From the NCBI GenBank assembly GCA_046759445.1, contig JBHICG010000015.1, positions 1 to 57,539 of the forward strand: DNA of 57,539 nt. The letters are read 5' to 3'. Numbering within the stretch: the first letter of the stretch is position 1; every line of letters begins with the position of its first letter. Source of the stretch: Candidatus Scalinduaceae bacterium (GTDB lineage Bacteria; Planctomycetota; Brocadiia; Brocadiales; Scalinduaceae). Below the pieces are notes generated by a model. That model searched no databases and was not told where the DNA came from. It saw only the letters and a list, made by a program, of their open reading frames with translations. The position numbers and the translations under genes are program-made. Of the stretch, positions 1 through 11,050 are shown piece after piece.

Positions 1-56
1 CCATTTTTGAGAAAAAGGTTGTTATTATACATGTTGTTTATGAATTCCAAGCCATG

Positions 57-232
57 ATTAGTTTCTGTTGCGGAAACGTTATTTTGTCACCCTGAATCCT
101 GTGCTGAACTCGTTTCAGTATCGTTTCAGGGTCTCTGATCCTGAACTTGATTCAGGATTGATTTATATAGATTCTGAAAATATTACAGAATGACATCTTT
201 AGGAATTCCAGTCTTCCGCAACAGAAGCTAAT
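57..232. repeat. MITE-like element with 19-bp terminal inverted repeats and internal TGTCAYCCTGAA/TTCAGG palindromes
   Basis: attagtttctgttgcggaa (57-75) vs ttccgcaacagaagctaat (214-232), 1 mismatch; related ends at 4843-4861 and 41517-41600. Confidence 0.7.
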
Positions 233-416
233 TAAGACAATCTATTGTTAACAAGCAAACCTACAACAAACAAAAACTCATAATTTAATCTTATTCTTAT
301 TTCTTAATAAATCAATTGATATTAAGAAAAACTCATTTACGATAGCCCCATCATCTGATATATTTAACAAAAATGTTTATTACAATTTGCTTGTTTAAAC
401 AAATATGGAATAAATT

Positions 417-2423
417 ATGGACAAATCATTGGTAGATATCTTTTGGGTATTGATATGTGCGGGCCTGGTGTTTTTAATGCAGGCAGGTTTTACTTGCCTG
501 GAATCCGGACTGACACGGTCAAAGAACAGCATAAACGTTGCCATAAAGAATATAACCGACTTTGGAATCTCTACCATCTTATTCTGGGCTTTTGGCTTCG
601 CACTGATGTTCGGAACATCCCGTGGTGCCTGGATTGGATCAACGGGATTTTTTTTACCCCTTGACGAAGGAACATGGCCGACTGCATTTTTCCTGTTTGA
701 GGTTATGTTCTGTGCCACAGCAGTGACGATTGTTTCAGGGGCTACAGCGGAACGAATGCGGTTCAGGAGTTACATCATCATTTCAATTATACTCTCCGGC
801 CTGATATACCCGATATTTGGACATTGGGCCTGGAACGGTTCCCAAAATGGAACATCCTCTGGTTGGCTTGGAATGTTGGGTTTTGTAGATTTTGCCGGTG
901 CAACCGTGGTTCACAGTGTCGGGGGATGGGTTGCCCTGGCAGCATTGCTGGTTATAGGCCCACGTGAAGGTCGCTTTCCACCGGTTGGTACTCACATAAA
1001 GATTCACGGTAGTAATCTTCCCTTATCGGTACTAGGCGTATTACTTCTGTGGATCGGTTGGTTTGGGTTCAATGGTGGTAGTACTCTTGCCTTGAATGAC
1101 CGAATTGCCGTAATCATTACAAATACATTTTTGGCTGGTGCCGCAGGTTCTATGGTTACACTTGCTATAGGATGGTTACTTCGGCGGCGCGCCGATGTAG
1201 AACTACTGATCTTCGGGTCTATAGCAGGTCTTGTGGCTATCACTGCCACGGCACATGCAGTAAATGCAATATGGGCCATAGCTATCGGAGGGATTGGCGG
1301 AATTGTGATGCTTGGTGTTGAATATCTTTTAGAATATTTCCACATTGATGATGCGGTCGGCGCTGTCCCCGTTCATCTGGGTGCTGGTGTCTGGGGCACA
1401 CTTGCTGTTGCAATCTTTGGTGAAACTGAACTCCTGAACACAGGACTCAACCGTTGGGCTCAACTCTTGACTCAAGTCACAGGCATTGCAACATGTTTTC
1501 TATGGGTTTTCGGAACGTCATATATATTCTTTAAAATCATAAATCGCTTCTTTCCCTTACGTGTTACTCCTGAAGACGAATATATCGGTCTTAATGTCTC
1601 TGAACATGGAGCCACTACAGAACTCCTGGATATGTTCAGAACTATGGATAGCCAGGCAAAGACTGGAGATATGAGCCTCCGTGTGCCGGTAGAACCCTTC
1701 ACTGAGGTTGGGCAGATTGCTACACACTACAACAGTGTGATGGATGCCCTTCAGAAAGCTACAGCCAGGACTGAGGCTTCTCTTGAAGAAAAGGAAGTGC
1801 TTCTACGAGAGATTCATCATCGCGTTAAGAACAATATGCAGGTCATTTCCAGTCTACTTAAGCTTCAGTCTAGAAATGTTAAAGATGAACATCAAATCGA
1901 AATGCTCAAAGAAAGCCAGAACCGGATAAAAGCGATGGCCCTTATTCACGAGAAACTTTACAGGTCCAAAGACCTGGCAAAAATTGATTTCAATGACTAC
2001 ATTAAAAACCTTGTAAATGACTTGTTTTTGTCTTATAAAGTGAGTACTGGCAAGGTTGCACTAAAGATGAATATCGAAACTGTTTCCTTTGGAATTGATA
2101 CTGCTATACCCTGTGGATTAATCGTCAATGAACTGGTATCAAATTCACTGAAATATGCATTTCCAAAAGGAAAAGACGGTGAAATTAAGATATCCCTGCG
2201 TAGAATTGAAGATTCAAAAACCGAAATGTTTGAACTAATAGTCAGCGACAACGGTGATGGCATACCAGAAGATTTGGATATCAGAAAGACCGAATCTCTA
2301 GGTTTACGGCTGATAACCAATTTAGCTGAGAACCAGCTTCAGGGCAAAGTTGAAATAAACAGAAATGAAGGGACAGAATTCCAAATTAAATTCAAGAAAG
2401 CAAAATACAAAGAAAGGATATAA
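417..2423 (+). CDS. amt: Ammonium transporter (Amt) fused to HisKA_2-type histidine kinase (ammonium sensor kinase)
   Basis: Amt motifs FLMQAGF, DFAGATVVHSVGG, GWFGFNGGS, DDAVGAVPVH (twin His); C-terminal EIHHRVKNN H-box, NELVSNSLKYAF N-box, VSDNGDG G1 box. Confidence 0.93.
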   Translation: MDKSLVDIFWVLICAGLVFLMQAGFTCLESGLTRSKNSINVAIKNITDFGISTILFWAFGFALMFGTSRGAWIGSTGFFLPLDEGTWPTAFFLFEVMFCATAVTIVSGATAERMRFRSYIIISIILSGLIYPIFGHWAWNGSQNGTSSGWLGMLGFVDFAGATVVHSVGGWVALAALLVIGPREGRFPPVGTHIKIHGSNLPLSVLGVLLLWIGWFGFNGGSTLALNDRIAVIITNTFLAGAAGSMVTLAIGWLLRRRADVELLIFGSIAGLVAITATAHAVNAIWAIAIGGIGGIVMLGVEYLLEYFHIDDAVGAVPVHLGAGVWGTLAVAIFGETELLNTGLNRWAQLLTQVTGIATCFLWVFGTSYIFFKIINRFFPLRVTPEDEYIGLNVSEHGATTELLDMFRTMDSQAKTGDMSLRVPVEPFTEVGQIATHYNSVMDALQKATARTEASLEEKEVLLREIHHRVKNNMQVISSLLKLQSRNVKDEHQIEMLKESQNRIKAMALIHEKLYRSKDLAKIDFNDYIKNLVNDLFLSYKVSTGKVALKMNIETVSFGIDTAIPCGLIVNELVSNSLKYAFPKGKDGEIKISLRRIEDSKTEMFELIVSDNGDGIPEDLDIRKTESLGLRLITNLAENQLQGKVEINRNEGTEFQIKFKKAKYKERI

Positions 2424-2426
2424 GAC

Positions 2427-2930
2427 ATGGCAAAGTCAAAGATAATGATCGTAGAAGATGAATGGATTACGGCTGACGATATAAAAATGAGTTTGCAGAG
2501 CTTAGGATATACTGTAACATCCATGTCGTCTTCTGGAGAAGAAGCAATTCAAAATGCAGAGAAGGATAGGCCTGATTTAGTGCTAATGGACATTATGTTA
2601 AAGGGTGAAATGGATGGAATTGAAGCGGCGGGTCAAATCCGCTCTTGCTATAATATTCCCATTATCTATCTCACCGCTTATGCCGATGAAAAGATACTGG
2701 AACGGGCAAGAATAACAGAACCGTTTGGGTATATTTTAAAACCTTTCGTAAACGAGGACTTAAAAATAGCAATCGAGATAGCTCTTTACAAGCATAGAGT
2801 AGAAAAAGAAAGAAAGAGGCTCATTGAAGAACTCCAGGGTGCCCTCCCCAAGATTACAACATTATCCGGCTTACTTCCCATCTGTCCTTCCTGCAAAAAG
2901 ATACGAGATGCCGAGGGGAATTGGAAATAA
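2427..2930 (+). CDS. Response regulator (REC domain + coiled coil + short LPICxxCKKIRD tail)
   Basis: IMIVEDE, DLVLMDIML (phospho-Asp), YLTAYAD, YILKPF; starts 3 nt after the kinase stop. Confidence 0.9.
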   Translation: MAKSKIMIVEDEWITADDIKMSLQSLGYTVTSMSSSGEEAIQNAEKDRPDLVLMDIMLKGEMDGIEAAGQIRSCYNIPIIYLTAYADEKILERARITEPFGYILKPFVNEDLKIAIEIALYKHRVEKERKRLIEELQGALPKITTLSGLLPICPSCKKIRDAEGNWK

Positions 2931-2991
2931 TTATACATGTGAGTTTCTTAAAAATTGTGACTTAAGGTGGATACTCTATTGGAAACGGAGT

Positions 2992-4350
2992 TCAATTTTT
3001 AATTGGTGTGGTCAGATCGACGCTGTCTTTAGCAACCACGGCCTCATATCTAGCAATGAGAGCGTTTGCATATTCAATATGAGACCACATAAGAGGAGTA
3101 GCAAAATGAATGACCTCTTTCTTATCTTCGGTAATCTCCTTTCTAATCTCATCATATGCTTTTTTCATGAAGAAGATTTCATCTGCAATTAAGTCATAGG
3201 AAAGCTTCGGTATCAGGATTTCTGAGTGGAATTCTTTTCTTACATCAAGCCCAACCTCCCATTCTCGACGAATAAATTCTTCAAATCTTCTTTTTGTACT
3301 CAGATGCTCTGGAATATATCCCTCTTCAGACCGGTATTTATCAATATGGTTTAGAATACTATCTCCCCTCTCAATATATCCTTTTTTGTAATAATATTGA
3401 GCCAGCATAGAAGTGTATTGAATCCAGGGACCATTCCCGGCATGAAGATGAGTCTCAATATCTTCGGTAAAGGGAAGGTACCTTTGTAACATCCCAAGCT
3501 CAGGATCCCAGAGATTCTCTACCATAAAATTGACAGAATTGTCAATAATATCAGGATGGTCATTTAAAACACAAGACATACATTGATCTTCTTTACATTG
3601 GAAGTAATTTGGGCTAATCAATGTGACGTCCGGGCGTAAGTCAAATGTTCCATTCGGAGTTATACGTCTGACAAACCTATCGTTGAGGACAAAATGCTGA
3701 TGCACTGAGTGGCAAAAACTTTTTTTGAATGAAAGTTCGTCGGCAAAAAAGTCTTTCAGGAGAATTTTTCCAGACAACTGAGAAATAAGATTAAAGATGA
3801 GTATATAAACGTGATTCACCCAGATACTATATCCCTTTTCAATTGCCGACTCATGTATACCAGTTGTTGAGAAAAAAAGGAAAATCTCCTGTCGATAAAA
3901 ATTCTTAATTGCAAACTGTATTCCTTTTTTAATCTTCTGAAGGTAATCCTCCAATTCAGCTGGCTGCTCCTTACGGTGGAAAGATGCCAGCAAGTAATTG
4001 GCTAAGATAATAGCTCCATAGGCAGTATTATCCTCCTGAACGTAGATGGCCTTATTTTGACCACTTAATCCATAACGCTGCACCCATTCTCCCTCTTCAT
4101 CCTGAACAGCAGCCATAAACTTAGCTATACCCTTTAAGAGGTTAAAAGCGTCTTCATTTGGCCCAAGGTCTTTTTCCACCATCTGTCTGAAGAGCATAGA
4201 GGCACACGCATTATCTCTTGGGTAAGCATACGGATAACGTGACTCTAGAAAGGTTGCTAAAAGAACAGCTCCTTGTTTGGAAGGAATAGTACATTTAGAA
4301 ATTACGCTGAGATGTTCAGATAATTTCTCGTTAAGGTCATTCTTGTCCAT
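2992..4350 (-). CDS. Glycoside hydrolase family 15-like (glucoamylase-like) protein
   Basis: YAYPRDNA, QEDNTAY, GYIPEH and C-terminal TPLMWSHIEY resemble GH15 (alpha/alpha)6 motifs. Confidence 0.65.
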   Translation of the reverse strand: MDKNDLNEKLSEHLSVISKCTIPSKQGAVLLATFLESRYPYAYPRDNACASMLFRQMVEKDLGPNEDAFNLLKGIAKFMAAVQDEEGEWVQRYGLSGQNKAIYVQEDNTAYGAIILANYLLASFHRKEQPAELEDYLQKIKKGIQFAIKNFYRQEIFLFFSTTGIHESAIEKGYSIWVNHVYILIFNLISQLSGKILLKDFFADELSFKKSFCHSVHQHFVLNDRFVRRITPNGTFDLRPDVTLISPNYFQCKEDQCMSCVLNDHPDIIDNSVNFMVENLWDPELGMLQRYLPFTEDIETHLHAGNGPWIQYTSMLAQYYYKKGYIERGDSILNHIDKYRSEEGYIPEHLSTKRRFEEFIRREWEVGLDVRKEFHSEILIPKLSYDLIADEIFFMKKAYDEIRKEITEDKKEVIHFATPLMWSHIEYANALIARYEAVVAKDSVDLTTPIKN

Positions 4351-4390
4351 AACTTGAATCTTTTCATACTTAAGAAGAGAATCGATTATA

Positions 4391-4618
4391 TCACTTCTGT
4401 TTCTGCACTACCAATGCCTGATAGCACCAAGTACATAGAATGCGGGGAACCGGCAAAGGTAAGGTAACCTTCTCTTCCCCCATACCCCATTTGTAAGTTT
4501 CAGTTACAGGTATTTGCTCGCGAACTGAATGTTCCTTGCAAACGGCAATTCCGCAAACAATGCATATTGCTATGGCCTCGGTTTCTTTTCCGTCATTGTT
4601 ACAAATATAGCACTTCAA
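4391..4618 (-). CDS. Small Cys-rich zinc-binding protein (DUF2180-like)
   Basis: MKCYIC...AICIVCGIAVCKEH...RILCTWC; GGAGGAG RBS before TTG start. Confidence 0.7.
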   Translation of the reverse strand: MKCYICNNDGKETEAIAICIVCGIAVCKEHSVREQIPVTETYKWGMGEEKVTLPLPVPRILCTWCYQALVVQKQK

Positions 4619-5440
4619 AGCTCTCCTCCTTATTTAAAAAATTTGCATCAATATCAGAAGCTTAAAGATAATCTATAATTATGTCAAATTAATCTAAAAA
4701 AATCAAGCTTAGTAGTTTCTGGTTGTCAGAAAAAAAAAGAAGCTATTTTAGTCCGTGCCACACCAGGCAAGGATGAAATACTCCCTGCTTAAGACGATTC
4801 AGAGAATTGCGGGGAATCCAATTTTATTTTTAATTTCCACTAATTAGTATCTGTTGCGGAATTACCAATGACATTTATGAGCATTTACAACAGGAACTAG
4901 TGAAAAAATCAAATATTATTGTGATGGGATTTACGATTACGACAGTCCTAACTTTAGCATCCACGGCATAGGCTTTACCATGGACGGAGGTTGGTAACAT
5001 GGAAAACTGCCTTCTACGGCACAGTTCCAAATAGGAAAGTTGACATTACTGTTCATGGGCCTGGTGGATCTGATAGGACTGATAGTGGGCAGACAATTAG
5101 CTCGCATTCCTCGCCGGGCAAGTTTCACTAAAATTCACCTATAACATTCGAAATTTTTTATCTACGTTGCATTTTTCCTCTTGTATTCGTAGACTTTATA
5201 ATAGTATAATAGTCAAAGTAGTTGGAATTGTAGGAACATTAGATATTTTAAAAATAGTCGATAGTATGAAAAATATCAGAGATGAAATGAAACAGAAATT
5301 AGATACTGCTTTGAGTACAATCCAAGATTTAAGAGAAAAGATAACAGCATAGATTCCTGCTCGTCTGAAACATAAGTCGTTCAAAATTAGCTTCAATAAT
5401 CAGAGCATAGTTGGTGTTTTTACCATAAGATACGTATTAG

Positions 5441-7234
5441 CTAATTTGTCCTTAATTTTTTTAATTTTAGTATTTCATTCCTAATAATTTTGCTATCATG
5501 TGAATCTGGAACTATCTCTAGAAACGATTCGAAATCTTCTATTGCTTTTTTAAACAGACCTTTTTTCTTAAATAACTCCCCCCTGTATCTATAAGCAATA
5601 GGGTTTTTGGGAAACAGTTCAAGTGATTTGTCAAAATCAGTTATAGCTTCATCCAATCTGCCAGCTTGAAATAAAATAATTCCTCTATCTACATATAATC
5701 CTGCATAATAAGGTCTGATAGTTATCGCTTTATTAAAATCTTGAATGGCCTTATCTATTTTGCCTATTTCTTTATATGCCTTTCCTCTCAAATAATACGC
5801 AAAAGTTTTATCTGGAGACAATTCGATACATTTTCCAAAGTCTTCAATTGCTTTTTTAAGCTCTTTTATGTCAGCAAAGAATATTGCCCTGGCAAAATAT
5901 GCATCGCTATGGTTAGGGTTCAATTCTATTGCCTTATTAAAGTCATTAATCGCATCATCAAATCTTCCTGTTTCTGCAAAGGTAACACCTCTATTACAAT
6001 ATGCTTGTGCAAAGTCAGGATCAATATCAATTACCTTGTTGTAATCTTGTATTGCCTTTTCTGTTTGGCCAATCCTCTTAAAAGCTATTGCCCTGTTATA
6101 ATAGGAAAGTTTGAATTCCGGATTAATAGAAATAGCCTTGTTGAAATCTTCAATGGCCTTGTCTATCTCGTCCACTACTCCGAATGCAGAGCCTCTATTA
6201 TAATATGCTGATGCATATTTATGGTTAAGGGTTATTGCCCTTCCATAATCATTTATTGCTTCCGTGATCATTCCCATTTTTTCATATATTACACCTCTAT
6301 TACAGTACGTGCCTGGGTCTTCAGGCTTTAACAAAATGGAAATATTGCAATCATTTAACGCCTCCTTAAGATTTCCACTTGTTCTACTTATTTTAGAACG
6401 ATTTAAAAATATATTGGCAATTACTTCCGTTTTGCTTAAGTTCCTTAAATAACAACCATTTTCTATACTCGTCTTATCAAATCGTTCCATACTATGTGTT
6501 ATGTAAAAAGAATCATTTAGATTAATCCCTTTATGTCCGGTCTCTATATTTATCTTTGTTTCACCATCATCATATCTGATAAAAATGTGTTCAGGAACAT
6601 TTACACCAAATAACGGCAACTGCAACCTCTCCACTATGGAGAGATAAAGGATAGACATCCCTACACAATTCCCTTTTCTTCTATCTATTACGTCATTCAA
6701 ATACAAATCTTCTAAATTACCCGTTTTAACATAGGTAAATCCAAGTTCATTAAATAGAAAATCATTTATAATATTAACTATCGTTTCCGGCCCATCATTA
6801 TCCTGTATTCTTGATTTTATCATTCTTGCATACCAATCAATGCATTCCAAATAGTCTTTTACATTGATTTCTGCATTTACTTCCTTTGCAATAAGCAGTG
6901 ATGACTTAGCAATATCCAAACATTCATCGTCAGCCTGCACTAACTCTTGAAATAATTTGTTATCTAGATTTTGTGCATGACTAAATTGAATATCCTGTGG
7001 ATTTCTGAATATATCATTATTTGAAAAGATTCTTCCTGAATTGAGAGAAATTAACAGGATATATATTACAATCTTTACCAACCAACCAAATTTTATTTCC
7101 TTACGTACAATCTTCTGAATTATTTTCAAGGCAAAAACCTCATTAAGTTTTATTAAGTAAAAACACAAAGATATAAACTTCTTGACTCGAAAGCAAATTT
7201 TAAATAGCATTAAATTAACTTGCTTACTGCCCAA
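5441..7234 (-). CDS. SirB1/transglutaminase-like domain + TPR repeat protein (start uncertain)
   Basis: LNDVIDRRKGNCVGMSILY...GVNVPEHIFIRY, followed by multiple YxNRG...AIxDFxKAI TPR units. Confidence 0.85.
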   Translation of the reverse strand: MGSKQVNLMLFKICFRVKKFISLCFYLIKLNEVFALKIIQKIVRKEIKFGWLVKIVIYILLISLNSGRIFSNNDIFRNPQDIQFSHAQNLDNKLFQELVQADDECLDIAKSSLLIAKEVNAEINVKDYLECIDWYARMIKSRIQDNDGPETIVNIINDFLFNELGFTYVKTGNLEDLYLNDVIDRRKGNCVGMSILYLSIVERLQLPLFGVNVPEHIFIRYDDGETKINIETGHKGINLNDSFYITHSMERFDKTSIENGCYLRNLSKTEVIANIFLNRSKISRTSGNLKEALNDCNISILLKPEDPGTYCNRGVIYEKMGMITEAINDYGRAITLNHKYASAYYNRGSAFGVVDEIDKAIEDFNKAISINPEFKLSYYNRAIAFKRIGQTEKAIQDYNKVIDIDPDFAQAYCNRGVTFAETGRFDDAINDFNKAIELNPNHSDAYFARAIFFADIKELKKAIEDFGKCIELSPDKTFAYYLRGKAYKEIGKIDKAIQDFNKAITIRPYYAGLYVDRGIILFQAGRLDEAITDFDKSLELFPKNPIAYRYRGELFKKKGLFKKAIEDFESFLEIVPDSHDSKIIRNEILKLKKLRTN

Positions 7235-7371
7235 CAGCAGGCAGACGTTTGCTAATCCTGACCTGTCGTCAGGACAGATTTATGCCATTTTGCTATGCAA
7301 AACATTATATAAAGAAGCCTTTTTTATTCTGAACCTTTTATTGCAAATCAAAACAATAAATTGGTGACGGG

Positions 7372-8955
7372 ATGGAGCTAATTTACATGCGACATAAAAA
7401 GTTTATGATATTAGCAGGACTTTTAGCTTCAATTTTCATCTTATCAACCTTAACTTCGGCTGAGGATGAATCTCCCTTTTTGTTTAAGGGATTTGATTTC
7501 ACAAGTGAAGCGCCATCAAAGGAGTTCATAAATGAGTCATTTGATGATTTGTTTAATATTTTCGGCAAGGATAGCACCTTTACAGACTTACGAAAAGAAG
7601 AAACATGGTTTGACTATAAAGGAAAGTACGTGAGATGGCAAGGGATTGTTACCTATAAGGGTATAGCTGTAGCTGAAGACGAACGCATAAGGATTGGCAT
7701 CAGTCACACATTGGGTACAAATGTCGAACTAATATTCGACGACGACAAAAAAGATATAGTTAAAATGGTAAGCAGAGGAGATAGTATCGTTTACACAGGT
7801 AAATTATCAATTTTTTTTAAGAGAAACCTTATATTCGGGCTTGAAGATGCTAATGTCGAGATAATTAATGGTGAATTAGTTGATGTATTAAAAGGAAATC
7901 AAAAGGACGATGCCACACTATCTTCACAACCCTCTCACATTAAGCCTGCCCAAATACGTTCAGGTAAAAATATATCTGTAGAGTCTGAATTAAAAAAATC
8001 ACTTGAAGTTAAAGAAGATTACGCCTTTGACGATTTAGACAGGATTTTTGGTGAAAAAAGCAACTTAACATATGTGCAGAAAGAAGAGTTGTGGAGTAAT
8101 TACAAAGGAAAGAATATAAAATGGCAAGGTAATGTTACTTACAAAGGTGTGGGTAAAAACGATTGGAAAAGGGTTGGCATCAGTCATAAACTGGGTACAA
8201 ATGTCGAATTAATATTTGATGACGACAAGAAAGATATAGTTAAGATGGTAAACAAAGGAGACAGTATTACCTATACAGGAAAACTGTCAAAACTAATTGG
8301 GAGAAAACTTCTGTGCAGTATTGTGAAAGTAGATATAGAGAAAATTGGTGGTAAGGCAATTGGTGAAAAAGGAGAAACAGTATCGAAGACATCAGATACA
8401 AATATCGAGAATAAAGTAGTAAATGAAACTGAAATTATAATGAAAGAATCAATGGCGCCAAAGATTATTAAAGAGGATGATATAAAAATTATAGAAACTC
8501 CAGAAGGATTCGTGGACATCTCCTTTGAAGAACTGGATAAAATATTTGGTAAAGAAAATAGAATGACTGAATCGCAGAAAGACAAATTGTGGAAAGAATA
8601 CAAAGGCAAATACGTTAGATGGACAGGGGAGGTTACGAATAGAGGGTTGGGAAGAACTAGCGGTCTCAGGATGGGAATAAAGCATAAAGAAGGTACGGAT
8701 GTTGAGCTATATTTTGATATTGACAAGAAAGATAAGGTGTTACAAACAAAAGCCGGTGATACCATTATTTATACGGGTAAGCTGGTTACCAGGCGCGGAT
8801 ATATCTTGCCGTACAAATTGGAAGATGGAAAAATAGAAAAAATTATAGCTTCTATTAATAAAAACAGTAAACATTATTATTCATCAAATATGGAAAGATA
8901 TACTGGTATAATTACTAAAACTTTAATGACTCTTAACTTCAACAATTTAATTTAA
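7372..8955 (+). CDS. Secreted protein with three tandem ~110-aa OB-fold-like repeats
   Basis: Signal peptide; three copies of FDDLxxIFG...WxxYKGKxxxWxGxV...GTxVELxFD.DKKD...GDxIxYTGKL. Confidence 0.7.
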   Translation: MELIYMRHKKFMILAGLLASIFILSTLTSAEDESPFLFKGFDFTSEAPSKEFINESFDDLFNIFGKDSTFTDLRKEETWFDYKGKYVRWQGIVTYKGIAVAEDERIRIGISHTLGTNVELIFDDDKKDIVKMVSRGDSIVYTGKLSIFFKRNLIFGLEDANVEIINGELVDVLKGNQKDDATLSSQPSHIKPAQIRSGKNISVESELKKSLEVKEDYAFDDLDRIFGEKSNLTYVQKEELWSNYKGKNIKWQGNVTYKGVGKNDWKRVGISHKLGTNVELIFDDDKKDIVKMVNKGDSITYTGKLSKLIGRKLLCSIVKVDIEKIGGKAIGEKGETVSKTSDTNIENKVVNETEIIMKESMAPKIIKEDDIKIIETPEGFVDISFEELDKIFGKENRMTESQKDKLWKEYKGKYVRWTGEVTNRGLGRTSGLRMGIKHKEGTDVELYFDIDKKDKVLQTKAGDTIIYTGKLVTRRGYILPYKLEDGKIEKIIASINKNSKHYYSSNMERYTGIITKTLMTLNFNNLI

Positions 8956-8960
8956 AGAAA

Positions 8961-10838
8961 GTGAGGTATTCCATGCTCAAGAGAATTTCCTCCTCATTCC
9001 TAATCTTATTTGTGTTGTCTTTTTTTGACAGTATTATAGTCACAGTTTCAGCCCAACACAGTCTTTCTGGCAGGGAGGGTGTTTCGAAACACGATGAAAT
9101 GATCATTAAGGGAAATAGATTGATTATCAAGAAAAAGTACAATGAAGCACTTGCCGCCTATAATGAGGCAATAACGTTAAAATCTAATTCATTCAAAGGA
9201 TGGTATAATAAAGGCATAACCCTTGACTTACTTGGTAGATATGAAGAGGCAGTAGAAGCGCTGGACCAGGCAGTTAAGATACAACCAAATAATCATGAAG
9301 CCTGGTTTGTAAAGGGTAATGCATTAGACAACAATACAAAATATGAAGAATCAATTTCTGCCATTGAAAAGGCGTTACAGATTAAACCAGATTTTATCGA
9401 AGCTCTTTTTAAAAAAGGAAATGTACTTGACCACGTTGGTAGATATGAAAAGGCAATAGATACATACGACAGGATTATTGAATTGAAACCAGATTCACAC
9501 GAAGCCTGGAATAATAAGGCTCTTACTCTTGCGCGAATACCAGAGAGAAGGGTGGAGGCAATAAATGTATACGATAAGGCAATAGAGCTAAAACCAGATT
9601 ATTATGAAGCTTGGATTAATAAAGGCAATGCCTACGTTCGTATAAGAAATTATGAGGATGCTATCAAGTCCTATGATAGGGCTATATCCATAAAGCCGGG
9701 AGAACATGCTGCATGGGCGGACAAAGGCTTCACTCTTGCTGATCTCGGAGAAAATGAGAAGGCCGTAGAGGCATTTAAAAAGGCCGTGGAGCTAAAGCCC
9801 GATTCCTACGCTGCATGGAACGGTGTAGGCTTATCACTCGATAAGCTCGGTAGATATGAAGAGTCAATAGAAGCTTATAAAAAAGCCTCAGAGATAGATC
9901 CTGGTTCCTATGGTTCATGGACTAATTTAGGGCTTGCTTATTCCCGTACCAATAAAAGTATGGAAGCCATAAATGCTTATGAACGTGCCATCAAGATTCA
10001 ACCAGATTCATACGAGACGATAACGAACAAATCACTTGAGTTGATAAAACTAGCAAAGTATACAGAGGCATTTACAACAATCGAAAAAGCCATAAAACTT
10101 AAACCAGATTACCCGCAGGCATGGAATACCAAAGGTGAGGTGCTTATAAATCTGGGAAAACTTAAGGGGGCAATCGAAGCCTATGACATGACAATTCAAA
10201 TAATTTCTGATGGAGAGGCATACGAAATTCCACGTCTGGGAAAGATTAAATATCAGGCTCTTAACAAAAAAGGTCTTGCCTTCGTTCGACTTCAACAATT
10301 TAAGGAAGCGGCAGCAGAATTCGATAAAGCTATCAAGATAGATCCAAACTCCTATGCAACCTGGATGAATAAAGGACTTGCTGTTGTACGAACGGGTGAG
10401 TTACAGGAGGCCCTAAAGGCATTTGACAGGGCAACGAAACTTAATTCCGGTTCTTATGAGGTGTGGAATTATAAGGGCTTTGTTTTCGAAGACCTCGGGA
10501 GATTAGAAAAGGCAATATTAGCCTTTGATAAGGCCGTAAAGGTCAACCCAGATTTTTTCGCAGCCCTTAATAATAAAGGGCTTATACTTGATAAACTTGG
10601 AAGGCACAAGGAAGCAATTGAGGCTTACGATAAGGCATTAAGTATCAATTCAACATTTGATGCTGCATGGTTTAATAAAGCCTGTACATATTCCCTTCTG
10701 AATGAGAAGGATAAGATGTTGAAAGCACTTAAAAAGGCATTGGAATTAAACCCTCAATATAAAATGGTCATACAACAAGTACCTGACTTCGAAAGTTACA
10801 GAAACGATCCTGACTTTATAAGATTGGTAGGGAGATGA
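8961..10838 (+). CDS. Secreted TPR-repeat protein (probable start ATG 8973)
   Basis: Signal peptide then a long run of AWxNKG...A.EAYDKAI.IKPD TPR units; AWFNKACTYS terminal unit. Confidence 0.9.
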   Translation: MRYSMLKRISSSFLILFVLSFFDSIIVTVSAQHSLSGREGVSKHDEMIIKGNRLIIKKKYNEALAAYNEAITLKSNSFKGWYNKGITLDLLGRYEEAVEALDQAVKIQPNNHEAWFVKGNALDNNTKYEESISAIEKALQIKPDFIEALFKKGNVLDHVGRYEKAIDTYDRIIELKPDSHEAWNNKALTLARIPERRVEAINVYDKAIELKPDYYEAWINKGNAYVRIRNYEDAIKSYDRAISIKPGEHAAWADKGFTLADLGENEKAVEAFKKAVELKPDSYAAWNGVGLSLDKLGRYEESIEAYKKASEIDPGSYGSWTNLGLAYSRTNKSMEAINAYERAIKIQPDSYETITNKSLELIKLAKYTEAFTTIEKAIKLKPDYPQAWNTKGEVLINLGKLKGAIEAYDMTIQIISDGEAYEIPRLGKIKYQALNKKGLAFVRLQQFKEAAAEFDKAIKIDPNSYATWMNKGLAVVRTGELQEALKAFDRATKLNSGSYEVWNYKGFVFEDLGRLEKAILAFDKAVKVNPDFFAALNNKGLILDKLGRHKEAIEAYDKALSINSTFDAAWFNKACTYSLLNEKDKMLKALKKALELNPQYKMVIQQVPDFESYRNDPDFIRLVGR

Positions 10839-10853
10839 TTAAGAAAACGTAGC

Positions 10854-10871
10854 GGAACCCTTCAGGTTTCC
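10854..10871. repeat. Short palindromic intergenic repeat GGAAACCT-TC-AGGTTTCC (second copy 16269-16286)
   Basis: Near-identical hairpins directly after stop codons at 10838 and 16260. Confidence 0.55.
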
Positions 10872-11050
10872 ATGACTTATTCTTTCGAATCCTGTACTTC
10901 TCCTTATGTTAATAATGTGGTATAATATTTTGTTATATGTAGACTCTGTAAATAATTTTTACACCAACGTATGATTCTGTTTTGACAAAAAAGCATATAA
11001 TTGTTTAAATTACTTATTAATTTTTCTTATCTTTTAAGAGGTAGCAGTAA

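Noticed and set aside
4937..5396. Short ORFs between the DUF2180-like and TPR genes
   Set aside because: No recognisable motifs or RBS; may be decayed fragments but cannot be supported
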